Positions 1 through 12,453 of a stretch of 64,000 bases of DNA are shown here, one piece after another. The notes beneath the pieces are model-generated. The model was not told the DNA's origin and searched no databases. It was given only the letters and a program-made list of their open reading frames with translations. Source of the stretch: Antedon mediterranea. Its lineage: Eukaryota > Animalia > Echinodermata. The translations under genes and the position numbers were made by a program. The stretch's first letter is position 1, and the number at the start of each line of letters is the position of its first letter. The stretch lies in assembly GCF_964355755.1 (NCBI RefSeq), contig NC_092671.1, positions 4,526,001-4,590,000 on the forward strand, read 5' to 3'.

Positions 1-159
1 GGTTTGTTTGTTTATTTATTATTCAGTAGTTTTAAAAATGGAATGATACATTAAAATGGCTGAAATAAAGTAATGTATATATTAAATAGCAAAAGGCATA
101 TGCAGGCAAGCTTTCGAACATACTTACCTGTATAATATAATACTTTTCTTTGAAAAAGT

Positions 160-320
160 TTCCAAACGTTCTGTTACTTAGATGAACGATCTTAGACCAG
201 TAGCACTAACATCAGTTCAAAACATGCGAACGAATTCTTTTTAAATATCTGGCACCTCTAGTTACTGACTATGCTTATCCATTAAAATTTGCCTAGGTCT
301 GGAGGTACCGTAGATACATT
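160..320 (+). mobile_element. Degenerate LINE (Rex1/Babar-like) reverse transcriptase relic
   Basis: Translates with stops and frameshifts as PKRSVT*MNDLRPVALTSV...CERILLKYL...YPLKFA*, resembling the LNDYRPVALTS...LDPLQFAY N-terminal RT motif. Confidence 0.6.
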
Positions 321-389
321 TGTTTTTTAATTTTAAGCTTTTAGGCACATGACCAATGATTATCAAAAGTATGTTAATCACTGTCATAC

Positions 390-720
390 AGGTGGTAACC
401 CCCATGGCACAGGTTTTTAGTGGCGTGCAAGGCGACTCTACAGCTCACTATGTCGGTCGGTTGGTCGGATGGTCGGTCGGTTGGTAAACACTAACTCCAA
501 TAATTTGAGCACGCGACTGCAGCCATGTATATTGCTTTGTTTTTATGTGAACCAGTTCACCGGGGTAAGCCACTACTAGTCTGGAATGATGATCATAGTG
601 CACACGACCAAACAGTGTACACTGGACATACGGTTTATAGTCTATATATGAGAAAACTTGTTCCACCACCAGGAGTTAGTCGGTCAACGACTACCCTGCC
701 TCAACTGTTGTGGCCAATCG
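390..720 (-). mobile_element. Degenerate tRNA-derived Deu/Nin-domain SINE copy, interrupted by a HINE
   Basis: Reverse complement matches 62783-63130 (ggtggtggaacaag...actataaaccgta.gtccagtgtacac...accccggtgaactggttcaca). Confidence 0.7.
417..541 (+). mobile_element. Short Helentron-associated (HINE/DINE-1-like) element
   Basis: T-run, 5' palindromic subTIR (tag..gcgtgcaa.gcgactc), (GTCG)n microsatellite, 3' subTIR cacgcgact, terminal hairpin then ttgtt; homologous to 14372-14500 and 62635-62758. Confidence 0.7.
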
Positions 721-812
721 AAACGTCCAGACATTCTCAACCATACTTTAATTACTTTTTAAAAAACATGGTACTCGGCAAACTTAACTTTACTTATATA
801 TCTACATACTTA

Positions 813-1053
813 AGCTTTGTCTACACTATCAAACTAGTTGGCCAAAAAAGTGATATATGGTACTGACATGCCTAAATATGGTAGTGATATGCCCAAATAT
901 GGTAGTGATATGCCCAAATATGGTAGTGATATGACATTATTTTATTTTATTTTTTATTTTATTTCATACTCATCCAACAGCGATTATGATGTATATATAA
1001 GGTCACACCACATTTGTTTTAGTCACATAAAGTTTGATAGTGTAGACAGAGCT
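813..1053. mobile_element. PIF/Harbinger-like MITE with internal 21-bp repeats
   Basis: TIR agctttgtctacactatcaaact / agtttgatagtgtagacagagct, TTA on both sides; internal atgcccaaatatggtagtgat x3; shorter relatives at ~26655, ~31830 and ~58853. Confidence 0.75.
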
Positions 1054-1511
1054 TTAGGGGCAATATTTAATGACAAATCATAGTTAACTTTATCTGAGAC
1101 GAAAATGAAAGTTTTGTCGACTGGACGTGACAGTTTCCACTTGAAAATATTCTTTTTGTAAGTAAACTTGTTTAAATTTTGAACTGCGTCCTTGAAAATT
1201 GATTACCGAATAAATTACAAAATATAAGAAAAACATATCAGGTAATCTCCTGACTCTTACAATCAATATGCAACATAAATTACAAATTCATCATCTTCGT
1301 TCAGAACTATGACGTCAAACCGGACTGTAAGAGTTTATTATCAAAAGTACTTGAGCTTATAAGTCAGGATAACTGGCATTAGATAATGTATGTAATTATA
1401 ATAAAACGTTATGATAGTCATCTAAATAAAGAGAAACAAAGGTGGAGCAAGGGGTTGGTTAAGGCGGTTATTTGTTGTAGATAATTCGTTACTACTAAAA
1501 ACTCAACCTCC

Positions 1512-1764
1512 CAAAGCTGGTGCCACAATTAAAGACATTGTATTAGATATCGTCAAATTGGCTAGATACACGTAAACTGATTTGTGTAATTTACTCACTT
1601 ACAATTCCAAAGGCGACCATAACAGGAATGATATTGTAACGCAAAATCCTCTCCCAGTCACTAAGAAGGAACATATCTATGCAGGAATCATAGTCAGTCG
1701 TGTTAAATGTTGAACACCCGTATTCAGTTACATCAACGGATGCATTGTTACATGGAAATTACAT
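1512..1764 (-). pseudogene. GPCR 5' fragment (N-terminus to TM2), paralogue of 3652-4716
   Basis: Reads ATG TAA ... YGCSTFNTTDYDSCIDMFLLSDWERILRYNIIPVMVAFGIV, then a deletion, then VYVYLANL; nonsense at codon 2; upstream flank also similar to 4790-4960. Confidence 0.85.
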
Positions 1765-2210
1765 TTTTTCTTCTGTTTAGTAATTAAAAATAATCGTATA
1801 AAGGTAACTACATGACCAGTAACATTGATAATAATAGTAATAGATGGTTTAGGCCTACAAATAACGACGATAGTGGTATGATAAACGATACGGTAAGTCC
1901 ACTTACAAACACGATTTTGTCAATACATCTAAGTAAAAGGATGTTTTTATGTATACCAATTTAGCTCAGCGCGAATTTCCTCCCAGTTCCAATTAATTAA
2001 ATTATGTTGCAAGAGCTAAAAAAAAACAGAACAAAAATCTTATCACTGGGGCTTTCATGGTATTGTTCGAACTCGATTGGATAGCGACTCTTTAACATTC
2101 TCGGCGTGGTACGGCGGAACAGCACTAGTCCTCAGTTGTACGCACGCGCACCAGAGATCAAATTGATACGCCCTTACAGTCTTACAGTATTTTTATTCCC
2201 GAGGCGGGAT

Positions 2211-3171
2211 GCGATTTTTTGTTTTCGTACATAAGTTGGGGACCCCCTCATGAAACGTCACAAAATAAACATGAATAATTCATCAGTTAAATTTTCTTGT
2301 TCCGTTTGCACCCAAGCGTATAGCAACAAGAAGTGATTACACAAGTGCGGTACGATTCTAGGCCTAATCTCCGCTGTGGTTGCCGCGTGGGATTTCATAA
2401 AAGAATAGCGGCGTTTTGTGTGGATTGTCGAAATAATCAGCCTTTAGTTTATGGTGTTTTTAATATAATTTATTACTAAAGAATTACGTGTTAAAATTAT
2501 AGTTTCTATTAATACTATTAGGCCTAATTATTAGTCTCTAAACCCATGTCTATTCTAGTAGTAGCTGTGTGTGTGTGTGACGTGTCTGTGTTAGGTATGA
2601 CACAGTCCGAGTAATAAGTCAGCAAAATTAAACAATAAACATTACACAAAAATACATTTTTTATTCTCATGGGTCTAATCTTCCCATCTCATGTGTTCAT
2701 ATACGCGCATTTTTAAAGTTCCTTTGAGTAGCCTACATGCATATTGTTTGATAATAAAATAGCAGAATTAAAAAATTACAGTACACAAATTATACACATT
2801 TGTTATTCTTGTGGGTCTAAGCTTTCTTTGGGCTATGTCCAATTACTACTTAGTTTAATGTCTTGCCTAGCTGTCGATTAGCCTCGACACATTTTGCACA
2901 GTGGTAGTGTGTGTGTGAAGAAGAGTGCGCGAAGGCAATCACGTGAATTGACCTAGAATCCTAGGCCTACTGTAGAAAGAATCGTATCGCAGTTTAGTTG
3001 TGCCATGGATTAAATATTCTATTCTTTAATCCATGGTTGTGCGTGTAATCACTTCTTGTGGCTATACGCTTGGGTGCACACGGAACAACAAATTTAACTG
3101 ATGAATTATTCATGTTTATTTTGTGACGTTCCATGAGGGGGTCCCCAACTTATGTACGAAAAAAAAATCGC
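2211..3171. mobile_element. Mutator-like (MULE) MITE, long TIRs, 9-bp TSD AGGCGGGAT
   Basis: ~130-bp TIRs starting GCGATTTTTT / ending AAAAAATCGC; AGGCGGGAT at 2202-2210 and 3172-3180; second copy at 43043-43957. Confidence 0.88.
3003..3036. mobile_element. 34-bp palindromic mini-insertion with 5-bp TSD
   Basis: CCATGGATTAAA..TTTAATCCATGG flanked by TTGTG (2998-3002, 3037-3041); absent from the sister MULE copy near 43820. Confidence 0.7.
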
Positions 3172-3651
3172 AGGCGGGATCTCCGAAGAGATACTTTTTA
3201 TATATATAAACAAATCAGGCAAAGACCATTAATTCTAAACCGCCCGGTGATATACTGAAATTTAATTATTTAATTTGAAACGATTCTGTAGATTCTGCTA
3301 TAGAAAATGATACATTTTGACTTTTAGTTTTTATTCACTGCAAAAAAAACCACCCACACATTCAATTTAGAGTATATAAAAACTACATTATTGTATTACA
3401 AACATTAAAATGACAACCAAGTACAAAATATATAAAAACTACATTTTGTTGAAATAACGATTGATATATTTATGTCTAACTTGGTTCCGTATCGTGAAAT
3501 ATTCAACGTTTCATACTTACAATTCAAACGTAACATTCAAACATTCATTATTTTGTATGATATTTTAAATGTTTGTGACAAACTTATGCTGTTGTGACAT
3601 AATTCATGTTGTTTTAATGTATTATAATAGCGTTTTATTTTATCAATTATT

Positions 3652-4716
3652 TTATGTTCTAACGGTACGTTCAGCTATGTTCTTTCGAATCCTGTTAAAC
3701 ATTACGTCAACAAATGCCTGTCTAAATGTTTCGTTTACTACATTATATATCAAAGGATTTACAAAAGAATTAAAATATGTTCCAAAACGACAAATAGTCA
3801 AAATCCAATTTAGATCCGTTCCAATAATATCAAACAAGAATAATATAAGGAACAGATCCAATGGTATCATGAATAAAACATAAATTGTGACGGTCACAAC
3901 AACTGTCATAAGAATTTTCCGCTCCGATTTAGAGCGTTGGTCGGTTTTGCATGAATTTGTCACACTATTTCGTGACTTTCTTAAAGAATAAACCATAAGA
4001 AAACACAACATTACAATAAGTACATTTGAAAGTATAGTTATAACAAATTGAAGCATCCACAAAATTGTACTTTCTTTGTTGTAATTGAAATTTAAACGAC
4101 ACGTAGTTGCGCGATTCGAGACACCTCTATACATATCAGGCCAAGGAAAAATGACGGACACTCGTTCGAAAGCAATGAATATTTGTACAAAATTCACCGA
4201 GAAGCAAAAGATCCATATAAATACGCATATTTTAACAGATCTTGAGAGAGTACCAAATCTACTTGTTTGAAACCAATAAGGTTTGCAAACTGCCATATAA
4301 CGTTCAATGGAAAGCCAAGAAATTGTAAACATTGCTACATGCCAGGCAACAGAAGAAAAGAAACTCAACAGTCCACAGTGATAGTTGTCCTCATATACAT
4401 CAGCAATTATACATGGTATCGTATATATCTCAATGTCCCAAAGAGGTGCCACGATTAAAGACATTGTATCCGTTATTGCCAAATTAGCTAGATACACGTA
4501 AACTGATTTGTGTAATTTACTCACTATTACGATGAATGTCATTATGTTTCCAACAATACCAAAGGCTACCATAACAGGAATGGTATTGTAACGTAAAATC
4601 CTCTCCCAGTCACTAAGAAGGAACATATATATGCAGGAATCATAGTCAGTGGTGTTAAATGTTGAACACCCATATTCAGATACATCATAGGACGTATTGT
4701 CACATAACAATGACAT
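3652..4716 (-). CDS. Intronless class A (rhodopsin-like) GPCR, 354 aa
   Basis: Seven hydrophobic segments, TM1 GN, TM2 LAITD, C3.25, SIERY, ECL2 PWPDMYRG..C, NPLIY, helix 8 FRQAF; first ATG at 4716 (the ORF track start is TTG). Confidence 0.93.
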   Translation of the reverse strand: MSLLCDNTSYDVSEYGCSTFNTTDYDSCIYMFLLSDWERILRYNTIPVMVAFGIVGNIMTFIVIVSKLHKSVYVYLANLAITDTMSLIVAPLWDIEIYTIPCIIADVYEDNYHCGLLSFFSSVAWHVAMFTISWLSIERYMAVCKPYWFQTSRFGTLSRSVKICVFIWIFCFSVNFVQIFIAFERVSVIFPWPDMYRGVSNRATTCRLNFNYNKESTILWMLQFVITILSNVLIVMLCFLMVYSLRKSRNSVTNSCKTDQRSKSERKILMTVVVTVTIYVLFMIPLDLFLILFLFDIIGTDLNWILTICRFGTYFNSFVNPLIYNVVNETFRQAFVDVMFNRIRKNIAERTVRT

Positions 4717-6084
4717 TTCCTTTGTTTTTTTTAATTCTTCCTCTGATCTTCTGATTAGCAATTAAACTGATTGTTTCAAATTAAATAAAAGTGTACTGAG
4801 TACATGACATGTGACGTTAATTGTGCTTAAGCCTAAAAATAACGATGATAGTAGTGGTTTGATAAAACTCAAGTCACCTTACAAAAACGATTTTGTAAAT
4901 TCTACCGAATAAATATCCAGTTTAAGGAAGTTCAATTTATATAACAAAAATTAGCATACTATACTCTCCTGATTGCGCTGCACTCGTAATTTAATTAATA
5001 TAACTACTTTAGAATACGGTAGCGAACCGACTCGCAGAAATATATGGCGCAACCCAATGACGTAGACATAACCATCTTGTGATTGGTTACGTTGTGCACC
5101 GCCTGTTTCTTCCGTAGCCTATGTTCACGAAATTTTCTTCAAACATTAAAGTGTAAAATTTAAAAAATACAAAATAAGCATAAATGCTTATTATTATTAC
5201 CTTATTTCAAGACTTTCTTCTTGGTAGGTAAACATTCTTGTCGTTGTATGTCATAACATGGAAACCTGCAACGATGGTAATATCAAAGAACAAATAAATC
5301 CGATATCAAATCACTTTTAAAACACTGATGTAAATGCCACCGGGCCTATGCCTAGCCAGGACAGGTTCTATTTATTTCATTAATTAGCGTCCGGTAGGAT
5401 TTTATCATGTACATTTATTCACACAATTCACAATTACATTTAATATATTTAATAGTATACCAAAAGAAGCGAGTGCTTTACAGTTTGGTAACCATTTAAA
5501 TGGATTTAAATTTACGGTACATACATGAGACAGCATTCAACATTGTACAGTGTTCATTCTTTCATGGTGTTATGAAGTACATGTTCACTTAATGTTAATT
5601 GGATATTTAATCGTTCGTTTATTATTTATTTAGTCAATTCCAAAATATTGTTCTTATAAATCTAACATATTATAGTGTAACAATATAAGTGAACGTACTA
5701 TTCATAAGGTTTGAAATGACAGAAATCATAATAATTACACAAGTATCTCAAATGTAAGTACAGTAGCTTTAATTTCTTATAATCTATACCGTGCCCGCAG
5801 ATCGTTCCCGAATAAACATAGTAAATTCAGCGTTAAAAACTGGCGATTTCAAATGTACATACCACAGGACTAAAATACATGTTTACAGGAACAAATAAAT
5901 AGACACGGTGATTCGTATGTAGTGAACTAAACTTAGCACCCTGGGAATTACTTTCGAAAGAGAAAATGTCACAAAATGACTTTTTGATTCAAATTTAAAC
6001 AAACCTAAGTTGTGTTTTGTGAATGATGGGGAAGAGGATGGGTGCAAAGAGAATCAATTTTTAAATATATTCTTTTATCCTCTC

Positions 6085-6674
6085 AGTAACGAAATATTTG
6101 TTTTATAAATAATGTACCACTAAACACAGTACAACATAATTTGTTGAAACTGTCACTGTCATAGTCGATTGAAATAGTAAAGGTCATGTAACGATACACC
6201 ACTACGACGTTTATATTTTTGTTGTAATTATTAATTAATACAAACTTTGAGATGCAACTGTCAGTAACAAAATATTTGTTTTCATGTTTTATAATACCAC
6301 TAAACACAATAAAACATAATTTGCTGAAACTGTCACTGTCATAGTCGATTGAAATAGTAAAGTACATGTAACGATACACCACTACGACGTTTATATTGTT
6401 TGTAATTATTAATTATTACAAACGTTGAGAAGCAACTGTCAGTAACGAAGTATTTATTTTCATGTTTTATAAATAATATACAACTAAACACAATAAAACA
6501 TAATTTGTTGAAACTGTCACTGTCATAGTCGATTGAAATAGTAAAGTACATGTAATGATACACCACTACGACGTTTATATTTTTGTTGTAATTATTAATT
6601 AATACAAACTTTGAGATGCAACTGTCAGTGTACAAAATATTTGTTTTCATGTTTTATAATGCCACTAAACACAA
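6085..6674. repeat. ~190-bp tandem repeat inside the Helitron (3 copies, 4th resumes at 7811)
   Basis: Unit containing gaaactgtcactgtcatagtcgattgaaatagtaaag recurs at ~6146, 6326, 6510 and 7827. Confidence 0.85.
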
Positions 6675-7810
6675 TCTATATATAATTGCTTTTAATAGCT
6701 GAAAACCGGTTGAACAGCTCGAGTACAGTATCATAATGTTGAAGACAGGTCAATTTTCTTAAAAAAATACTATTTTGATAGATTTAATATACGTTTATGA
6801 AAATGTATTGATTTGAAATGAATGGAACATTCCAATCTCTGTTCCACAAGTGTCTATTCCCTCAGGCGTCGTAAAGGCAAGTACTGTATACTCATAACAG
6901 AAATTCGATCCATTTTTTTTTCAATCTGTGCTGCAGAGGTTGGATATAGATATTTTTTAACGGATAATGAGCTAGCGTTTTCAGTCGCCGTATATTATGT
7001 ACAAATCTTTATTATTGCAGTTAAACCACCCACGTGACATCATCACCCTTCCCTCACTGGCATGAGTAGCGTTGTAAAGCCAGTAGAGGATAGGCCTACG
7101 GTTCATCACATGCCCTAAACGCAGAACAACTTTGGTGGGTAGGGTTAGGAACCAACTTAAGTATGAATTGGCTCTAAGAAACAATTGAAACCCATTAGGC
7201 CTACTAATTAAGTTGAGTTTGATAATTTAATATTTATTACTCGAATTTATGGTTTGCCACGAATAGGGGTGGTTTTCACAAATTGTTTTACATTATATAA
7301 ACATATTATAAACGTCGTAGTGATCGTACATGTACTGTACTATTTCAATCGACTAGGACGGTGATAGTTTCAACAAAGTATTACATCACAATGTTTTACT
7401 GTGTTTAGTGGTATATTATTTGTAAAACATGAAAACAATTAATATTTCGTTACTACATGGATAAAGAATATATTTAAAAATTGTTCCTCTTTGCACCCAT
7501 CCTCTTTCCCATCCCTCAACCCTAATGTTACATACAAAACACAAATTAAGTTTGTTTAAATTTGACTTAAACAATTGGTCTCATTTTGTGACAAGTTTCT
7601 CTTTCGGAAGTAATTCCCAGGGTGCTAATTTTAGTTCAGTACATAAATCACAGTGTCTATTTATTCGTTCCTGTAAATGACATGTATTATTGTCCTGCGG
7701 TACGTACATTTGAAATCACCAGTTTTTTAACGCTGAAATTATTATGTATTCGAGAACCATCTGTGAGCACGACCTAGATGGTACGCGAGCGAAGCGAGCG
7801 TACCATCTAG
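6675..7810 (+). mobile_element. Non-autonomous Helitron nested in the opposite orientation within a sister Helitron
   Basis: Starts TCTATATATA, ends hairpin plus CTAG (7774-7810); inserted at A|T splitting the repeat unit acaa|taaaacataa; no TSD. Confidence 0.88.
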
Positions 7811-10579
7811 TAAAACATAATTTGTGGAAACTGTCACTGTCATAGTCGATTGAAATAGTAAAGTACATGTAACGATACACCACTACGACGTTTATATTGT
7901 TTGTAATTATTAATTATTACAAACGTTGAGAAGCAACTGTCAGTAACACCAATTTACAGTTAGATATGTTCGCTTCAAATGGCGATCAAAAAAATATACC
8001 TAAAGTTTATCCCCCCAAGGCCCATAATATTTACCTACTTGTTTTATACCAAATATTTATACTGGAAGACTGAGAAATTGGAATGTTCCATTTATCGTTA
8101 ATCAATACGTTTGTATAAACGTTTATTAAATCTATCAAATTAGTATTTTTTTAAAGAGAATCTACTTGTCTTTAACATTATGATGCTGTACTCTCGAGCT
8201 GTTTAACCGATTTTCAGCTATTAGAAACAATTATCGTAGAAGAAGATTGCGAAGCATTCTCGTATTATTGTGTGCGGGTATTTTTCAGCATGGACATCCA
8301 TTAGACAATGTATAGTGTATACCATAGAAAAAACCCTATTTGGGGCAAATCGTTGAATCTTAATTCGTTTGAAAAAATTAAAATTAGTTCCAAACGTATG
8401 AACCAACTTACCACCGAGTAAAAATTGTAGAAGTAACGCAACTTTTGCCCTTACGTAAATGTATATATAGATGTTTAGGCCTATACTATTTATATTAGTA
8501 GGTAGTTAAACCAAAAATGATTTCAAAGGAATTTACAAGGAGGTACAAGAAGGAGCTTGACAATCATATCATATTTCTAATGACGAAAAAACACCAGAAA
8601 ACAAATATTATTGTTGTTGTTCATCCTAAAAAGCAATCACTAAGCAATCTTTACACCGAAAACCAAGACATAAATATTGAACAGGAAAATAAGTTGCTAT
8701 TCTTCAGTCAGAACTGGAAATAAAGAACAGGCCTTGGAAGCTTTTGCAAGAGACGACCATTTCCCAGACGACAGTGAAATAAATTAGGTCCTACACCAAA
8801 CATGCAAATCTCATTATTTTGTATTTATCTTGATCGTATTAAAATAAATTGTGCTGTCGCACAACGAAATGTAAATGAGAACGTCAAAATAGGTGTCAGA
8901 CCAATAATTAAAATAAAACATTAAAATTAGGCCTGAAAAAAATGACAAAAATGTGGAGATGCAAAATAAAATAAGAAAAAACTAAATCAAAACGATAAAG
9001 TCAAACAGCCAGAACAAATTAAAGACATTTGAATTTTAAAGATAGAATTAATTTATTTTATTTCATTTTAATTTTATTTAATTTTTTTAGAATTTTGATG
9101 TGATGTCTCACAATAGGCCTATTTCACTTTGATCAAAAATTGGTGAACCGTTTATTGTTGTTGTTGTTTTTTATAAGTGAAATCATTTATCTTTTCTGCA
9201 TGTTTTAAGCATTCGTGTTTTTTACACTATAATAATATTATTTGCGTTGACTCTGTGAAATTTGGTTTTTAAATTATAATTCTTGCTTATAGAATTAAAT
9301 GAAAACAAGATAGACATTCACATATTGATTTTTCTTATTGTATTATTTTATTGTATTTACATAATACAATACAGAAGACAATATATAATTTACAACTTCA
9401 TTATGTGCGACAAAACAAACTTTCTGTCTTGCCTTAAGATATTATAATATAAATTCTTACAGAATTTAATAAAAACAAGATATACATTTAAATATTGATT
9501 TTTATTCTTATTTTACATTGTACTGTATATTACATAAAATCATGTCAATACATAAAACAATATATAATTTACAAATTCAATATTTGTGTGTGACAAAACC
9601 GACTTTCTGTAAGCCAAGAGCATGACTTTATATATTGTAATATAAATGTTATAATGTACTTAAGTTATGTTACCATGACGCGTTACTATATACACTCATC
9701 TATTTATGCCTATGCATACATTGTATACTGTATTGTATTATGCCGGATACCCGAACCTACACATCTAATAGTAAATGTTAAAATTATTCAATGGTGAAAA
9801 ATATCATTTAATAGACCGTTGTTCCGATATTCTGTCAACACGTTCGGTTATATGTTACATATTAAATATAAATGTAAAATTGTACATTTGTGTAAGTTCT
9901 GTGTACGTGTGAATCCGGCATTAGTTTGTTCCTAAACGAAAAGCATTTTCATTAACAACCTGTTTTCTACCACACAGTTCATTTAAATCTTTCTTCTTTT
10001 TCTTTTTTAAATAGATTACAACCGTAAATGTGTGTAACAAATAAATAAAAGTGTTCTAATTCCGGTTATCTCTTATATAAATTGAAAATGTTTTGGACTC
10101 AAAACAATTTATATTCTTATATTTTATTTATGATGTGTATGTTTTATATATGTGCAATATGTTATGTTATGATATGATATGTAGTGTATAGAAAGAACAT
10201 TTTTGATATTTTATATTGGACAAATAAATGCTGTAATTAATTCATTCTGGTAGACAGTTTACAGCAATTGGAGACAATCAACAAGGACTACCGACGTTAT
10301 GTGCATTGTTTGTTGCTGTTCCACTGATTTTACTATACTTTAGTTGATATCCTATCTGAAGTTTAGCGAACAGCCCGATAGCCATATTGACCTTCAGGAT
10401 GAATCTTCTCAGCAAGGACTTTTTATTTCTTTCGCATCCAACAGTGAGGATCGCCAATTACAAAATGACCATTCTTATAAAATAATAATTAAGCGTTTTT
10501 GTTTTGTGTAATAATACAATACAGTACTTCTTTCAGCACAGTTGGCCTATTATACTATTTTCAATGGTGAAACATCATT

Positions 10580-11070
10580 TTCTTAATTATTTTGCAGAAA
10601 ACGTCAACAAATGCTTGTCTGAAACTAGTATTTACTACATTATATATTACAGGATTTAAAGAAGAATTTAAGTGTGTTCAAAAAGCCAAGAGACATCAGA
10701 TCCAAGAATATTTAAAAAGTATAATAATGCTAACATATAAATCGGTGTCATGCAGAGAACATAAATGGCGACCGTCACAAAAACTGTCTAAAGTATTGTT
10801 CTCTCGGATTTAGAACGTGGGTCGGTCTCGCGTCAATTTATTGTTATGTTATTTCGGGACTTTCTTACAGAGTAGAAAATAAGCGAATATAAAACCAAAA
10901 CAACCACAATTAAAACCATAGTGATAACAGATTGTAGTATCCAATACATTGAACATAATTTGTTGTAACTTAGCTTAATATGACAAATGTTATCTAGATT
11001 TGATATGCCTTTATAAATATCAGGCCAGGGAAGAATGAACAATGAAAACTTTAAAACCAGAGAAAGTATC
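10580..11070 (-). pseudogene. GPCR 3' fragment (ECL2 to helix 8), frameshifted
   Basis: ILPWPDIYKGISN..C..TM5, premature stop, and FKPVIYNVVN..FRQAFVDVF in another frame. Confidence 0.85.
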
Positions 11071-11392
11071 ATAATTATTATGACACTATATATGAATATC
11101 AGTGTTTGATTTTTGCTTGTTTTTGTGATGGAAACATTATTGTCCCCTTAGTAGGGATTGAATCAACCGTTTGACACACATAAAAATGTCCCTGTCCTCT
11201 TAAAAAAGGTTTGCCGTAGTTTTAAAACAAATATTGCCCCTAGTTTTTTAAAGAAACAAAAATAAAAATATTGACAATCACTCACAAGTTTGCTTAATTA
11301 GGCCTATCTATCTAACTTAAGTGTAAACAAAATAATTGTTTTGTTTTATATTTCAAAATGTAATGGTCATAAGTTATCTATAATTATAACAT

Positions 11393-12453
11393 TCAGACAC
11401 TGACAGTAAGTGCAGATATTTTCCTCCTGAATAAGCTATAGAATACGTCAACAAATGCTCGTCTAAAAGTTTCATTTACTACATTATATATCAACGGATT
11501 TACGGAACAATTTATAAGTATTCCCAACTGAAAGACAATGAAAAGCAAATCTAAATCCGATTTAAGAATTTTAAAGAAAAAAAGCATGCAGAACAAAATA
11601 AACGGTGTAATGCAGAAAACATAAACTGTGACTGTCACAAAAACTGTCCAGAATATCTTCCTCTGCGATTTTGAACGTGGATCGTTGTTGCGTAAATTTG
11701 CAACGATATTGCGCGGTTTTCTTAAAGAATGAATTATAACCCAACACAAAATAATAATTATCACATTTAACATTATAATGAAAACCAATACAATAATGAG
11801 CAAAATTCCATATAGTTTGTAGTCGTTTGGATTTACAATACATGCAGTTACACGATTTGAGATACCTCTATACATGTCAGGCCAAAGAAGAATGACGGAT
11901 ACTCGATCAAAAACAAAACGGACAGTGTTTATCGAGAAACTGAAAATCCATATAATTGTACAGACTTTTACAGATCTTGAGAGAGTACCAAATTTACTCG
12001 TTTGAAATTGATAAGGTCTACAAATTGCCATATAACGTTCAACCGAAAGCCAAGATATCGTTAAAATGTCTATAAATCCAAAACTGTAAGGAAAGAAACT
12101 CAACGCTTTACATATCCAGTTGTTCTTCAGTACTTCATCAATCATGGTACAGGAATGAACCAATTCCTACGTAATACAATGGGTATTAAAATTAAATTCA
12201 ACGTATCAACTACTGCTAAATTGGCTAAATACACATAAAATGAAGAGTGTAATTTTATCACAATAACAATAAATGTCATTATGTTGCCCACAATGCCAAA
12301 AGCAACAACAACAGGAATGATATTGTAATGTAAAATCTTCAAAAAGTCAATAGGAAGGAACATATCTATGTAAGCATCATATTGACTCGTGTTTGACGTT
12401 GAATACGCGTGTCCAGATACATCATCAGACGCATTGTCATCTGAAAGTGAAAT
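11393..12453 (-). pseudogene. Full-length GPCR pseudogene (paralogue of 45790-46854)
   Basis: Start ATG changed to ATT (12451-12453) and a 4-bp deletion at ~12145 (atcatggtac vs atcatatatggtac), splitting the ORF into 12142-12363 and 11393-12163. Confidence 0.9.

Larger units (their letters stand above)
5785..8471 (-). mobile_element. Non-autonomous Helitron (outer copy, 3' hairpin lost)
   Basis: 5' end TCTATATATAC at 8471; colinear with 55463-56783 from 8471 down to ~5785; contains internal tandem repeats and a nested sister element. Confidence 0.8.

Noticed and set aside
3569-4458. Short plus-strand ORFs antisense to GPCRs (also 17025, 21280, 24308, 28648, 52335, 61662)
   Set aside because: Shadow ORFs of the minus-strand coding sequences with no independent protein motifs.
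6083-6650. Repetitive minus-strand ORFs of 99 and 103 aa
   Set aside because: Translation of the ~190-bp tandem repeat inside the Helitron.
8517-8723. 68-aa Lys-rich ORF
   Set aside because: No recognisable domain or splice context; consistent with chance in A-rich DNA.
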